In this document: piece after piece, positions 10,660 through 22,100 of the stretch
Position numbering within the stretch: position 1 is the first letter of the stretch
How the letters are laid out: each line of letters opens with the position of its first letter
IMG/VR virus record: IMGVR_UViG_3300044678_002717
Coordinates: 9,600 to 73,599 of that record
Origin: a virus
Strand: one strand, 5' to 3'
DNA length: 64,000 nucleotides
Notes under the pieces: generated by a model
Told to the model about the DNA's origin: nothing
Databases searched by the model: none
The model's input: the letters and a program-made list of their open reading frames with translations, nothing else
Program-made: the position numbers and the translations under genes

Positions 10660-11736
10660 TTATTTTAATTTTCTTTTAATACTTTCAATCAAAATACTTC
10701 TTTTTCTTTTTTCAATTTCTTGCTGTAGTTGCTCTTTTAACAATTTTTTAGATTCTAATTTTAATTGTCTTAAAAGATTTTCATCCAATTTTTCAGTAGA
10801 TGGTTCTTCAGCAGGTACTTCTTCAGCAGGTACTTCTTTTTCGGTATCATTACTACTAACTTGTGAACCTTCTAACCTATCTTTAATTTCTTTAATATCA
10901 TCACTATCAAGTTTCTTTAAAGCATCACCCCAATAACCTAAAAGTGAATTAATAGTTGTTTTAATAAAACTACTATCATATTTAGTTTCATCCTTTTTAA
11001 GGTCAGTAATAAGTTCTTGGGTCTCACCAAGTTTACTTTGAATCTCATCATTTAAATCTTTTTCTTCTCCACCTTCAGGTGCAGCAGGTTCTTGACCACT
11101 CATATCAGCAGCAGGTTCTTGACCACTTTCAGGTGTATCACCAATAGCAGGTAAAATTTCACCTGCAATATCTTTTGGTGTTTCTGCCCCTGTTTTAGTT
11201 GTATCAACATCACCACCCATTTCAGGAGCAGGTGTTTCAGCAGATGGCATTTCTTCACCACCCATATTATCAGCAGGTGCTTCAGGAGCAGGTTCTTCTT
11301 TGCTTTGTTTATCTAAATCACCCAAAAGTTTTTCCTCTGTATCACTTATTTTTTCTTCCAATTCTTCTTCTGATTCATTTAATAATCTTAATTTATGAGC
11401 ATTATTTTGTGCTTCACAAATAAAAGACATTTTATTTACAGCCCTATCAAAGGAATTAAATTTTTCAATACCAAAAGTAGCATTTAATCCATCTAAATGT
11501 TTAAAATCAGTTGGGTTTGTACTTCCATTTTTAGTAGTATATTTTAGATAATAGGTTTTATTTTCATGAATAATACCAAATGTTTTACCATCTAAAGTCT
11601 TTTGTGTTTTTAATAGAGAAGGTTTTAATTGAACCTTTTTATCGGCATCAATAGCTAACCTTTTAAAGTTTTCAGCAATCTGTTCTTTAGTTGCTTTTTC
11701 TCTACTAATTCTACTTGCGTCTGCTCTTTTAATCAT
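10660..11736 (-). CDS. Probable internal head protein with acidic Pro/Ala/Glu-rich linker
   Basis: LLNES, LKLES, LLKE, ILIES sites; low-complexity EPAP repeats. Confidence 0.6.
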   Translation of the reverse strand: MIKRADASRISREKATKEQIAENFKRLAIDADKKVQLKPSLLKTQKTLDGKTFGIIHENKTYYLKYTTKNGSTNPTDFKHLDGLNATFGIEKFNSFDRAVNKMSFICEAQNNAHKLRLLNESEEELEEKISDTEEKLLGDLDKQSKEEPAPEAPADNMGGEEMPSAETPAPEMGGDVDTTKTGAETPKDIAGEILPAIGDTPESGQEPAADMSGQEPAAPEGGEEKDLNDEIQSKLGETQELITDLKKDETKYDSSFIKTTINSLLGYWGDALKKLDSDDIKEIKDRLEGSQVSSNDTEKEVPAEEVPAEEPSTEKLDENLLRQLKLESKKLLKEQLQQEIEKRKRSILIESIKRKLK

Positions 11737-11764
11737 TTTATTATAAATTTTATTTTTTTATTTA

Positions 11765-12316
11765 TTAATATCTTCTTCTTTTACTTTCAGCTAAAGTACC
11801 ATCCATACTAGCTATTTCGCTGTTCATAGCTTCATCCCTACTCATACCACCTTTCAATTTTTTAAGTACATTATAATGAAACGCATCAATAAGCCCTTGT
11901 TTTGATGTTTTGTATTTCATCATCATTTTATCAAAGAATTTTTTACTATCAAGTTCATCTACAATACCATCAGCTATTGCCCTAACATTTCCACCTTTAG
12001 CAAAAATATTTGTAATTCCTTTCCAAATTTGTTTACTACCGGGTGCATTACCTTGAAAATCAGCACCTTGTCCAGCAGCACTATAACTACTTTCTTGTTT
12101 TAACCCTCTTTTATAGTTAATTTCTTTTTTCAACATTTCATTTTCTCTTTGAAGAGATTTAAGTTTTTCTTCAAGCATTTTGTGTTTTGTTTGTTTAAAC
12201 ACTTCATTGAAATCAACTTCTTTAAATGATTCTTTTCTATATCCTTCTTTAATCAATTCTCTTTTTGCTTGAATAAAATTTTCAAAAACTAAATTGTATA
12301 GTTGTTTATTAGTCAT
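11765..12316 (-). CDS. Probable internal head protein
   Basis: VFEN, LIKEG, LKQES, LAES sites; in the late operon. Confidence 0.55.
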   Translation of the reverse strand: MTNKQLYNLVFENFIQAKRELIKEGYRKESFKEVDFNEVFKQTKHKMLEEKLKSLQRENEMLKKEINYKRGLKQESSYSAAGQGADFQGNAPGSKQIWKGITNIFAKGGNVRAIADGIVDELDSKKFFDKMMMKYKTSKQGLIDAFHYNVLKKLKGGMSRDEAMNSEIASMDGTLAESKRRRY

Positions 12317-12334
12317 ATCAATATTTTTTTATAA

Positions 12335-13342
12335 TTAGTTAGAATTTATGGAAAATACGTTATTTACTATTTCTTTTTTATCATCCTTAATAATATCAAA
12401 TACTTTTTTGTTTCTTAATACTTTAAAAACTAAATTATTAACAGAAAATTCGCCTTCAGTTTGCGTAGCTTCTCCACGCTCCTTTTTAATTTTTTTAAGA
12501 ACCTTATTGTAATTATCAATTTTCTTCAATGAATCTTCCATCATTGATATCTTATTGAAGATATCTAAATATTTGTTTACTTTTTTAGTAATCAAATGTC
12601 TATCAACATCAGGTAATTTGTACTTTGGTTTTTTAATCCATTTATTATTAAGTATTGAATACATTGCACCCTTACCAACTGTTTGTTCATTTATGTCTTG
12701 AACATATATTTCAACAGGATATGTATCTATTTTTACATCATTTGATGATTCCCATGCTGCTCTTTTTTGTAAGAAATAATTCATTACAAAATCCGTATCA
12801 TCTGATATATCTTTATAGTCAATAACTATATGTAAATCAATATCTGAATTATCTGTGTAATTATAATTTGCTAAACTGCCTGTAAAAATTATATCTTTAA
12901 GTTTTACTTTTGAATCTAACTCTAAAGTTTTAAAATAATACTTACCAAGATTTAAAAGATTTTTTCTTATATTACTTTTTAAATGATTATTTAACCAAAT
13001 TTTTGGGTTTAATTTTTTATGATATTCAATTTCAACATCTGATTTTAATTTAGATGGAATATTTTCAGATTCTATAAAAGATGTTTTTAAAGAATCAATA
13101 ATAGTTTCTTCCAACTTTGCTTTTTTAAGTTTTGTATAATATTTTGGATTTTCAGCCAAATGGTCCATTGCAATTTCCTTTGCTTGTTTTTTACTATCAG
13201 TATGTTCTAATTCAGTTTTAATACCTAATTTAAGTTGTGATGTAAGTTCAGATGTCAAATCAGCAATAGAAATTTTATATTTTTTAGCATGTTTTTTAGC
13301 AATCTGAGGCAATGTTAATTTATCTGCTTTACCACCTTTCAT
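12335..13342 (-). CDS. Pol-beta-superfamily nucleotidyltransferase with an N-terminal DUF5661-like domain
   Basis: GSLANYNY...SDIDLH and VEIYVQ; N-terminus GIKTELEH...EIAMDHLAENPKYYTKL. Confidence 0.8.
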   Translation of the reverse strand: MKGGKADKLTLPQIAKKHAKKYKISIADLTSELTSQLKLGIKTELEHTDSKKQAKEIAMDHLAENPKYYTKLKKAKLEETIIDSLKTSFIESENIPSKLKSDVEIEYHKKLNPKIWLNNHLKSNIRKNLLNLGKYYFKTLELDSKVKLKDIIFTGSLANYNYTDNSDIDLHIVIDYKDISDDTDFVMNYFLQKRAAWESSNDVKIDTYPVEIYVQDINEQTVGKGAMYSILNNKWIKKPKYKLPDVDRHLITKKVNKYLDIFNKISMMEDSLKKIDNYNKVLKKIKKERGEATQTEGEFSVNNLVFKVLRNKKVFDIIKDDKKEIVNNVFSINSN

Positions 13343-13400
13343 TTGAAATATCGTATTTTATACATATAAGTAGAAAAAAACTATTTATAATAAAAATATT

Positions 13401-13844
13401 ATGTTTAGATTCAATCAAAAGAAAGCAAACAGCGAAGTTGATGAAGTTAAGAGATTGTTAGCGATTACAAAAGGTATGAGAAGACCTAACAATTCAATTT
13501 CATCTTCTTTTTTAAGAGAGGATGTTAACATGGGTGCAAACCCAAATCAACCTATGGATGGTTCAACTGCTCCACCTATTGATATGACAACTCCCGGTGA
13601 GACAGCAGAAAGTGATGATATGAAAGATATTCAAAATGCAATTGAAACATCTGAAATTTCAGAAATAAATCCCGATAAAGTAAAAGGTACAGCATTAAAA
13701 GGAAAAATTGAATTTAATTTTGATAAAAATGAATTAAGTCCTAGCGTAGATATTGATGATGATATTGAATTAACTGCTGATGTTAATAAAATTATGGACC
13801 AAATAGAAAGTTATTTTGATATTTGGAAAAAAAAACCAAAATAA
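13401..13844 (+). CDS. Late hypothetical protein
   Basis: ACTATTTATA at 13380; EVKRLL...FLRED leader. Confidence 0.7.
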   Translation: MFRFNQKKANSEVDEVKRLLAITKGMRRPNNSISSSFLREDVNMGANPNQPMDGSTAPPIDMTTPGETAESDDMKDIQNAIETSEISEINPDKVKGTALKGKIEFNFDKNELSPSVDIDDDIELTADVNKIMDQIESYFDIWKKKPK

Positions 13845-14176
13845 TGACAAAGTATAATTTATTAATTATTGTTCTTTTATTAATTGTAACAGGTATTCTT
13901 TCTTATTTTTTATATACAATAAACGATAAGACAGAAAAATATAGTGAAGAAGTACAAGTAGTTAAAAAAGAATCATCTGATTTTAAAATAAAATATCAAA
14001 CACTTAAAAGAGTAAATGATTCTATGTTTGTTTTGATTGACAATCAAAATATAAAAATTATTACATTTCAACAAAAAATAAAACAATTAGAAAACGATGA
14101 TAAGAATTTTAAAAAATTTATTAGTACTATTGATGATAGCACCCTTTATAGGATACTCTCAGAAACTACCTACTAA
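13844..14176 (+). CDS. N-terminal TM + coiled-coil protein (inner-spanin-like)
   Basis: ATG at 13844 overlaps the upstream TAA; TM helix then coiled coil; overlaps the next gene. Confidence 0.5.
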   Translation: MTKYNLLIIVLLLIVTGILSYFLYTINDKTEKYSEEVQVVKKESSDFKIKYQTLKRVNDSMFVLIDNQNIKIITFQQKIKQLENDDKNFKKFISTIDDSTLYRILSETTY

Positions 14177-14540
14177 TACTTTAAAACCTGAATTATTTAC
14201 AAAAGTAAACGGCATAACCATTTATGGGTTTAATCGTTCTCAAACAGAATTTCTTTTAACTGAAAAAAACTCAAAAGATATATGTGTTCAAAAAAGTTTA
14301 TATAAAGATTCTATTATAGATTCTAAAGATTCAATAATCAAAGATTTAAATACTATTAATAAATCAACACAAACATTATTAGATACTTGTGGTTTTAGAT
14401 ATGATAGAAGTGTTAAATTAAATATAAAACAAGAAGAAGAAATTAAAAAATTAAATGAGATTGTAATTAAAAAAAATATGGTAATTTCATTTTTTGGTGG
14501 AGCAAGTTTAGCACTTACTTTGTTCTTACTAGTTTTTTAA
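14097..14540 (+). CDS. Signal-peptide protein with coiled coil and C-terminal hydrophobic anchor (spanin-partner-like)
   Basis: Signal ...IGYS|QK; C-terminal FFGGASLALTLFLLVF. Confidence 0.5.
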   Translation: MIRILKNLLVLLMIAPFIGYSQKLPTNTLKPELFTKVNGITIYGFNRSQTEFLLTEKNSKDICVQKSLYKDSIIDSKDSIIKDLNTINKSTQTLLDTCGFRYDRSVKLNIKQEEEIKKLNEIVIKKNMVISFFGGASLALTLFLLVF

Positions 14541-14731
14541 ACAGCATCACTCCAAGTACCTTTTCTATTCCAAAGAACTCTAAATAAATTAGATAAGGTT
14601 TTCACGGTAACCTTTTTAATTTCATCTTCTGTAAACTTATCTTTTACAATATTTTTAATCTCTTTTTCGATAAAAGGTTTCAATTCTTTTACTATTTCCC
14701 TTTTTAAAGATTCCTGTTCCTTATTAGTCAT
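14537..14731 (-). CDS. Small late hypothetical protein
   Basis: Late motif variant ACTAATTA upstream. Confidence 0.7.
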   Translation of the reverse strand: MTNKEQESLKREIVKELKPFIEKEIKNIVKDKFTEDEIKKVTVKTLSNLFRVLWNRKGTWSDAV

Positions 14732-14781
14732 TTAAAGTTTATTATAATTAGTTGTTTTGAACTATTTAATAAAAACCTTAT

Positions 14782-16923
14782 ATGGAAAATCAACAAATAC
14801 AATCTAATGATGTTGATACTAGAGTTAGTGGTTCTAAAAAGAAAACAAAAAAACGAGAATTTAAAAATCGTAAGACTTTTTCTTTGAAGGCTATGGAAGC
14901 ATTGGTTGATAAAGTTAGTTTTTTAAAAACTAAGTATGATGCTTTAGCGGTTAATGCTCAAGAAAAACTAGGTTATCATTATAATGAAATCTTGAACATT
15001 TTATTGTTTCATAAATATGTAAAAGGAAACAAAAAATTGTTTGATAATTATAAAAAAATAAAAGATGCAATAAATAAAGGTTACGAATTTAAAAAAAGTA
15101 AAAAAGTACAAGAAAATAAAATGGGAAAAATGATGAATGAGAGCAATGCTACGCATTTTGCTATTAACAAAAAAACTAACAAGATTTTAGAATCTTGGAA
15201 TTATGAAGGTTATGACCATAATGAACTAAAAACTTTTAAAAATGAATATTTTGCAAAAGATGTTAAAAAAAGTTACCCTTCTCTAAAAGAAGGTGATTAC
15301 ATGGTTGTCACCAAATCAAACTTACACAAAAGAAATCTAAATGAAAGTTCTAAAGCAGATTGGCAAAAATATACCTATACACATTTTGCTTTATTAAAAG
15401 AAACAAATCATATTCTTTATGGATATAATTATGAAAATCATTCCCAAAAAGAATTAAATGAAAACAAAAATAATTACTTTTTAAATATTTTAACTGAAAC
15501 TTATGGTTCTGAAATTCAACCTAAAGAAATAACTATTGTTAAAGCTGATAAATTAGAAAAGTTAGGCATTAAAAATGCTTTAAGTAAAAAGAATTGGGTT
15601 GGTTTAATTAATGAAGCGTATTGCGAAGATAAGATGGAAGAAAAACTTGATGAAGATATTCTTCAAGAAACTGAATCAGGTGGAGATGTTGGTAGTGCTT
15701 TTCCGGGAGGTGGTATCCCTGTTAAACCCGACTCTATGAGTTTAAAACCGGGTCAAAATATGTTTGACAAACCTGTTAACATGAGTTCTGCAATGGAAAA
15801 AGGTTTAAAAGGTTTTCAAAATTTTGGTGCAGGTAAAGCAAAAGGTAAAGGAAATATGAAAATTGATTATTCAACAGGTATTGTAAAACCTGATACTAAA
15901 AGACATGGAGCAGGTGGTGGAATTAAAGTAAATGAATCAACAAATAGTCTTATTGATTTAAATGCTTTAATGAATGATGAAATTGAATATAGAAAATCTG
16001 AAAGTCGCACACCTGAAAATAAATTTAAAAGTCCAAGTATTCAGTTAATCAGAGAAAATAATAGAGATTCTATTGTTGATTTCCTAATTAAAAATCAAGG
16101 TCGCTTACTTCCTGAAGTATATAATTTAAGACAATTTAATACAATGTCATTAAAAACTTTAAATGAACATTATTCAAAAGTAGTTAGACTTCTTGAATTA
16201 AATGAAGAGGTTAAACCAAAAGCTTTAACTAATATTGACTCTCTAAAGAATCAATCTCAAAAAAATTCTAATTCTTATTATAAAAACGATGCAAGTAATA
16301 AAACAACTACTATGCTTGTTCAAAAAGGTGAAGGCGATGGTTTAGTATATGATAAAGATTCTAAACAAAGAAAAGATATACCAAAATATAAATATCAATC
16401 TGAACATCAAAAAGATTATCTTGAAAAGATTCATAGAGGTTTAGAAGATTTTGAACCTGAAAAAGGTCCAAATGGTGAAGTTGACCCTGTATGGTTAGCA
16501 AGAAAAGAAGCATTGATGTCAAATACCGAAGCAGGTAAAGAGGCTTTCAAAAATGCACAGAAAAGAATGAAAGCAAAAGATGATTACCATTTGAGAACTG
16601 TAAAACCTATCTTTAATCAAGATGACTTACCAAAAGTTAAAAAACAAGACAAGGTATTAAAAGAATCTAATTTTCAAGTAGTTAAAGAAAGTGGCATTTT
16701 GGACCAAATCCAATCTTTTTATATTGATGAAGATAATAGAAAAAAACCTGTTATATTTGATGCAAATAAACTCGTTGAAAGTTTTAACGAAAAAGAACTT
16801 ATGGGTTGTAAAGAATTAACTTATAAGGGTTTGGGTCAAACTCTAACAGAAGATTTTAAAAACAAAGTCTTAAACAAGAAACTTCTTTACTCTCCTGAAA
16901 GTAAAAAAGTTTACTTGGCATAG
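14782..16923 (+). CDS. Large probable internal head protein with a duplicated domain
   Basis: ACTATTTA at 14761; THFA..K.TN.IL..YNYE..ELxxxKNxYF present twice; many LxE/VxE sites. Confidence 0.7.
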   Translation: MENQQIQSNDVDTRVSGSKKKTKKREFKNRKTFSLKAMEALVDKVSFLKTKYDALAVNAQEKLGYHYNEILNILLFHKYVKGNKKLFDNYKKIKDAINKGYEFKKSKKVQENKMGKMMNESNATHFAINKKTNKILESWNYEGYDHNELKTFKNEYFAKDVKKSYPSLKEGDYMVVTKSNLHKRNLNESSKADWQKYTYTHFALLKETNHILYGYNYENHSQKELNENKNNYFLNILTETYGSEIQPKEITIVKADKLEKLGIKNALSKKNWVGLINEAYCEDKMEEKLDEDILQETESGGDVGSAFPGGGIPVKPDSMSLKPGQNMFDKPVNMSSAMEKGLKGFQNFGAGKAKGKGNMKIDYSTGIVKPDTKRHGAGGGIKVNESTNSLIDLNALMNDEIEYRKSESRTPENKFKSPSIQLIRENNRDSIVDFLIKNQGRLLPEVYNLRQFNTMSLKTLNEHYSKVVRLLELNEEVKPKALTNIDSLKNQSQKNSNSYYKNDASNKTTTMLVQKGEGDGLVYDKDSKQRKDIPKYKYQSEHQKDYLEKIHRGLEDFEPEKGPNGEVDPVWLARKEALMSNTEAGKEAFKNAQKRMKAKDDYHLRTVKPIFNQDDLPKVKKQDKVLKESNFQVVKESGILDQIQSFYIDEDNRKKPVIFDANKLVESFNEKELMGCKELTYKGLGQTLTEDFKNKVLNKKLLYSPESKKVYLA

Positions 16924-16924
16924 G

Positions 16925-17365
16925 ATGATGAATTTAAAAAATAAAGATAAAATATCAAAAGATAATTATTACCTTTTGTTTACAGAAAATGTAAACTATC
17001 AAAAAGTAGAAGTATGTAAAGAGTTTATGATTGACTATACTAAGTTATTCATAAACTCTTTTTTAGGTTTAGATGCTTTTGATAGTAAAGAAGATATTGA
17101 TAACTATATTAAATGGTGTTTTAATAAAACTTGTCAAGAATATAAAGAAATTTACAATTTTGATTTTTCAAATAATAGTAAATTATTATTATATATTAGA
17201 ACATATTCAAATGAAATAATTTCAAAAGAAATTGATTTAAATATGTTAATGGTAAAACTTTTACAACTTATAAAAGAAAGGTTTTATATTTATGAAAATA
17301 AAAATACTACACAATTAAAAGAATTTTTAAATTTATATTTTTTATTTTTTAAAACAAACATATGA
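16925..17365 (+). CDS. Hypothetical protein
   Basis: Abuts the previous gene; 146 aa. Confidence 0.7.
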   Translation: MMNLKNKDKISKDNYYLLFTENVNYQKVEVCKEFMIDYTKLFINSFLGLDAFDSKEDIDNYIKWCFNKTCQEYKEIYNFDFSNNSKLLLYIRTYSNEIISKEIDLNMLMVKLLQLIKERFYIYENKNTTQLKEFLNLYFLFFKTNI

Positions 17366-17631
17366 AAGCTAGATATTTTACTTACGACAAAACACAACCA
17401 AAAGCTGTTTATTATTTAACAGACATTAAACAAGAGTCCTACCCACATCATACTCCTGAAGAATTTTTCAAGGAACTAGAATCTAAATGGATTACTAATC
17501 CAAATGTTGTAATTGTTGATGATAGAGAAACTGCATATTCAAGTGGTGAAATTGAAATTTCTCAAATAGAGAAATATTTAGAAAAATTAGAAGAAATAAA
17601 AAAACAATTGGATTTGGATGATGAAATCTAA
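17362..17631 (+). CDS. Hypothetical protein
   Basis: ATGA overlap with the upstream gene. Confidence 0.7.
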   Translation: MKARYFTYDKTQPKAVYYLTDIKQESYPHHTPEEFFKELESKWITNPNVVIVDDRETAYSSGEIEISQIEKYLEKLEEIKKQLDLDDEI

Positions 17632-17824
17632 AGAAGAAAACGAAATTAATCTTCTTAAAGAAGAGGAATTAAAAGAAGAAGTTTTTTGGAAAGGATATTC
17701 AAATAAATTAAAAGAACAAATCCGTTCTGAAAATATTTTTGAAGAAGTTGAAAATTTTAAAAAAATTAAAAACAAAGAAAAAAATAATTTTTTTAAAAAA
17801 ATTTTGAAAACTTTAGGATTTTAA
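17618..17824 (+). CDS. Small charged hypothetical protein
   Basis: Co-oriented and overlapping. Confidence 0.55.
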   Translation: MMKSKEENEINLLKEEELKEEVFWKGYSNKLKEQIRSENIFEEVENFKKIKNKEKNNFFKKILKTLGF

Positions 17825-17855
17825 CTTTATATTTATCACATAAACTTAAAAAATT

Positions 17856-18017
17856 ATGCCTGTCTCAAAACAAAGAAAAAATCAAAAGAAAAAAAGTTTG
17901 GCAAGAACATCAAGATTGAAAGATGATGCTAAAAGACTTTCTAAAAAATTCTTAGAGAATTATAGAAAAATTATGGAAGCAAGAAATCAATCTCAAAATC
18001 CTCAAACTGAAGAATAA
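17856..18017 (+). CDS. 53-aa basic protein MPVSKQRKNQKKK...
   Basis: A-rich leader; TAATG coupling to the next gene; not in ORF track. Confidence 0.6.
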   Translation: MPVSKQRKNQKKKSLARTSRLKDDAKRLSKKFLENYRKIMEARNQSQNPQTEE

Positions 18018-19096
18018 TGAATTTTATTAATAATATGGAATCACCTAAGTTTGATTTCCATGATATCGCTTTAGTACCATCCATTCTATCTAATATAGAA
18101 TCAAGAAGTGAAATCAATTTACCATTCCCACTTCCATTGGTTGCATCACCAATGAACTCTGTTCTTTCAATTAAAAAGAAAGAACGGTTTAACGAAAATT
18201 TCTTTTATCAATTGCTTGATGAAATGATTGTCTGTGTACCAAGAGGTTATGAATATAGTTCTGAAAATGAAAATTTAGAATGGGATGAATTAACCTTTAA
18301 ATCAATTTCATTACAAGAATTTAGATTGATTGAAACTAATCCTGAACATTTTGAAGGATTGATTAAAGAAAACAATGGTGTATTAGTTGATATAGCTAAT
18401 GGTCATATGAAAAAACTTCTTGATTTATCTAAAATCTTTATTAATAAGTTTCCCAATAAACAAATAATGATTGGTAATATTGCTAATCCACATACATATG
18501 ATGCATTTGCTAAGATTGGTGTTCATTATTGTCGTATTGGCATTGGTGGTGGTAGTGTGTGTACAACTAGTGCTAATGCATCTATTCATTATCCAATGGC
18601 ATCATTGATTTATGAATGTAATAGTATAAGACAAGCAAATGCACATAAATCTAAAATTGTTGCAGATGGTGGATTTAAAAATTTTGCTGACATTATTAAA
18701 GGACTTGCTCTTGGTGCTGACTATGTTATGCTTGGTGGAATCTTAAATAAATGTTTAGATTCAGATTCTTATCCTTATCTTTGGAAAAAAATTAAAATAA
18801 CCAATATGTCTTTAGCTAAATGGTTATATAAAAATAAATTTTCTTTATATAAAAGACATGTTGGTATGTCCACAAAAGAAGTTCAAAAGATTTGGGGCAA
18901 CTATAAACTTAAAACATCCGAAGGTATTGCCAAATGGAATAAAATAGAATATACTTTTGATGGATGGGTTGAAAATTTTAACGATTATCTAAAAAGTACA
19001 ATGAGTTATTTAAATTGTACAAATTTGGAAGAATTAAAAGAAAAAGCTACCTTTGCATTTATTACTGAAAATTCATTCAGGAGATTTCATAAATAA
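18017..19096 (+). CDS. guaC: GMP reductase / IMPDH-family protein
   Basis: ASPM, VDIANGH, GIGGGSVCTT (catalytic Cys), ADGG, VMLGG, GMST, TSEG; no CBS domains. Confidence 0.8.
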   Translation: MNFINNMESPKFDFHDIALVPSILSNIESRSEINLPFPLPLVASPMNSVLSIKKKERFNENFFYQLLDEMIVCVPRGYEYSSENENLEWDELTFKSISLQEFRLIETNPEHFEGLIKENNGVLVDIANGHMKKLLDLSKIFINKFPNKQIMIGNIANPHTYDAFAKIGVHYCRIGIGGGSVCTTSANASIHYPMASLIYECNSIRQANAHKSKIVADGGFKNFADIIKGLALGADYVMLGGILNKCLDSDSYPYLWKKIKITNMSLAKWLYKNKFSLYKRHVGMSTKEVQKIWGNYKLKTSEGIAKWNKIEYTFDGWVENFNDYLKSTMSYLNCTNLEELKEKATFAFITENSFRRFHK

Positions 19097-19101
19097 CAAT
19101 A

Positions 19102-22100
19102 ATGGCAGTAAAAGAAAAAATTACTTACAAAACATTTAAAGATGAAGAAATAGAAAAATTTTTAAATGGTAAAAATGTAAATCAAAAACATATTGTATGT
19201 ATACAAGGTAGTAATTACTCTAACGAAGTTTATTTAGTTATTGATGATAATGAAAATAAACAAAAATATAGTAAAAAAGATGAATATAGACCTTTTATAT
19301 ATGTAAAAGATTTAGATAAACTTAAAATTCCATTTTATAAAGATAATCTTGAAGCAAAATTAGAAAATAAAGATAAATATAGAATTAGTTATAAAAGACT
19401 AAGAACTACTGACAACAATGGTGCTGTAGTTGATAGGCTTGAAAATGGATACAAATATATTTTTTATACAGATTCTGCTTATGGAATGAGAGATTTACTC
19501 TTATTCTTTAGACATGGTGGTATAGATATATTTTGGAAAAAAGATGAATCATTTACAACAAAACTTTTCATCCCCGAAATAAAAGGGGATGAACCTTTTA
19601 TTTATGATTCTGAAAATGAATACATAATTTATAATACTGTATCTGAAAATTATGAATTAATTATTAAAGATATTCATAAAGTTGTTTACAATTCAATACA
19701 AATAAAATATTCAGGAGAATTTGAAGAAGAAAATATCATAGATGATGATAACGATTTTGATGATTTTATTGAAGAAAAACCTAAACAAAAAGAAAAGAAT
19801 AATCTGTTAAAAAAATTAGGATTATTTCATAATTATGAAATTTTTCATGATAACGATGTTTATAGAATTATTTTTAAAGATAAATTAAAAGCAGGTGAAA
19901 AAATTAGTGTAAATTATCAATTATCAAATAAAAATCTTTTTTATACTCTTAAACCTGAAGAACAATATTTAATACAAAAAGGTATTAGAATGTTTAATGG
20001 TTATAAAACTTATGATGATGTTCACAAATTTGTATTTGATATTGAAACCACAGGTCTTAATCCTTCTAAAGATAGAATATTTGCAATAGGTTCTAAAGAT
20101 AATCGTAATTTTGTTTCTATTGATTTTGTCAAAGAAATGAATAATGATGATGAAGAAAAAAAATTAATAATTAATCTATTTAAAATCATTGATAGACTAA
20201 AACCTTCAATTATATTTGGGTATAATAGTGAAGATTTTGATTTTAATTTTATTCTTAAAAGAGCAGAATTATTAAATATTAATATTGAAGAATTAAAAAC
20301 AACATATAAAAATGATAAGTCAATAAGAAGATTAGAAAACTCTTCTTTAAAAGTTGGTAATGAAACAAAATATTATACCAAAACTTCAATGTATGGTTAT
20401 AATGTTTTAGATATTATACATGCAGTTTGGAAAACTCAAGCAATCAATTCTAACATGAAAGAAGCAGGTTTGAAATATGTCTGTAAATTTGCAGGTATTG
20501 CTAAACCTAATCGTATGTATGTTAAAAATGGTGCTAAGATTTATGAAATGTGGAAAGAAAATAAATTCTATATTAATAAATCTGAAACAAATGATTATGA
20601 ATTAATACCTGATGAATATCAAAATAATACAATATCATATCTTGAAATAAATCCTGAATATGATGAAATTATAACAGGTAAAAAAATTATTGAGCAATAT
20701 CTTGAAGATGATTTGTGGGAAACATTGCAAGTTGATAAGATTTATAATGAATCAACATTCATGCTTTCAAAACTTCTACCAACAACATTAGAAAGAACAG
20801 CAACTATTGGTGGTGCAGGTTCATGGAATCTTATTATGACCGCTTGGAGTTATGAAAATAATCTTGCTATTCCTGTAACACCTAATAAAAGAGATTTTAC
20901 AGGTGGTCTATCAAGAACATTTAAAGTTGGATATTTTGAAAATATCTACAAAGAAGACTATGCAGGTCTATATCCATCTATTCAACTTGAACATTATGTA
21001 TTCCCAAGACACGATGTAACTAATATCTTATTTAGATTATTGAGTTATTTTAAGTTTACAAGGGATAAATATAAAAAATGGGCAAAAGATGAAACTCTTC
21101 CTGAAGCAGAAAGAAAGTTTTATGATGCTCTTCAACTTCCAATTAAGATTCTTAACAACTCAAACTTTGGTGCATTTGGTTCTGAATATTTTAATTGGGC
21201 AGATTTTGATTGTGCTGAACGAATTACTTGTACAGGTAGACAATACCTTAGAAGAATGATTCACTATTTCATGCAGTTTGGTGCAATTCCAATTACTGAA
21301 GATACTGATGGTTGCAACTTTTCTGTACCCGAATATACAAATATTGATTTAGATTTTAATGTATTATCTACACCAATTAAGATTGATGATTTAACATATG
21401 AATATGAAGGTATAATATATAAGGGTGTTGATGCAATGGTTGAAAAATTCAATAATGATATTATTGCAGGTCAGTATATGAAACTTGATAATGATGGTAT
21501 GTGGATATCTGCTGCTAACTTTGCAAGAAAAAATTATGCAAATCTTGAATACTCAACACTTGAAGATAAAAATAAAAAGAAAATATTTAATATACCAAAA
21601 GAATATTTAGAAAATGAAATTAATTATCTTGAGGAATACGCACAGAATAATAATTATTCGGGAGAACATATCAAAAATCTTAAAATTAAGAAATCCAAAC
21701 CAAAGGTTACAGGCAATACAATCAAATCTAAAACCATGCCCGAATACATTGAGGACTTTGTTAATCAAGCGATAAAACTTATTCTGACAAACAAACCAAA
21801 AGAATTTATAGAATTTTATTATGAATACTTAACAAAGATTTATTGTAAACAAATTCCAATTAAAAAGATTGCATCCAAGTCAAGATTAAAACAAACTGTT
21901 GAAGAATACCAAAATAGAGGTACAGATATAAATGGTAAATCAAAAGCTAAACAAGCACATATGGAACTTGTTATCGCTAATAATATTAATACAAGTGGTA
22001 TGGACTTTATTTATTATGTAAACAATGGTACTGCCAAATCTCATGGTGATGTATCTATCAATAAAAAAACAGGAATGTACAATTCATATGTTATTACTGA

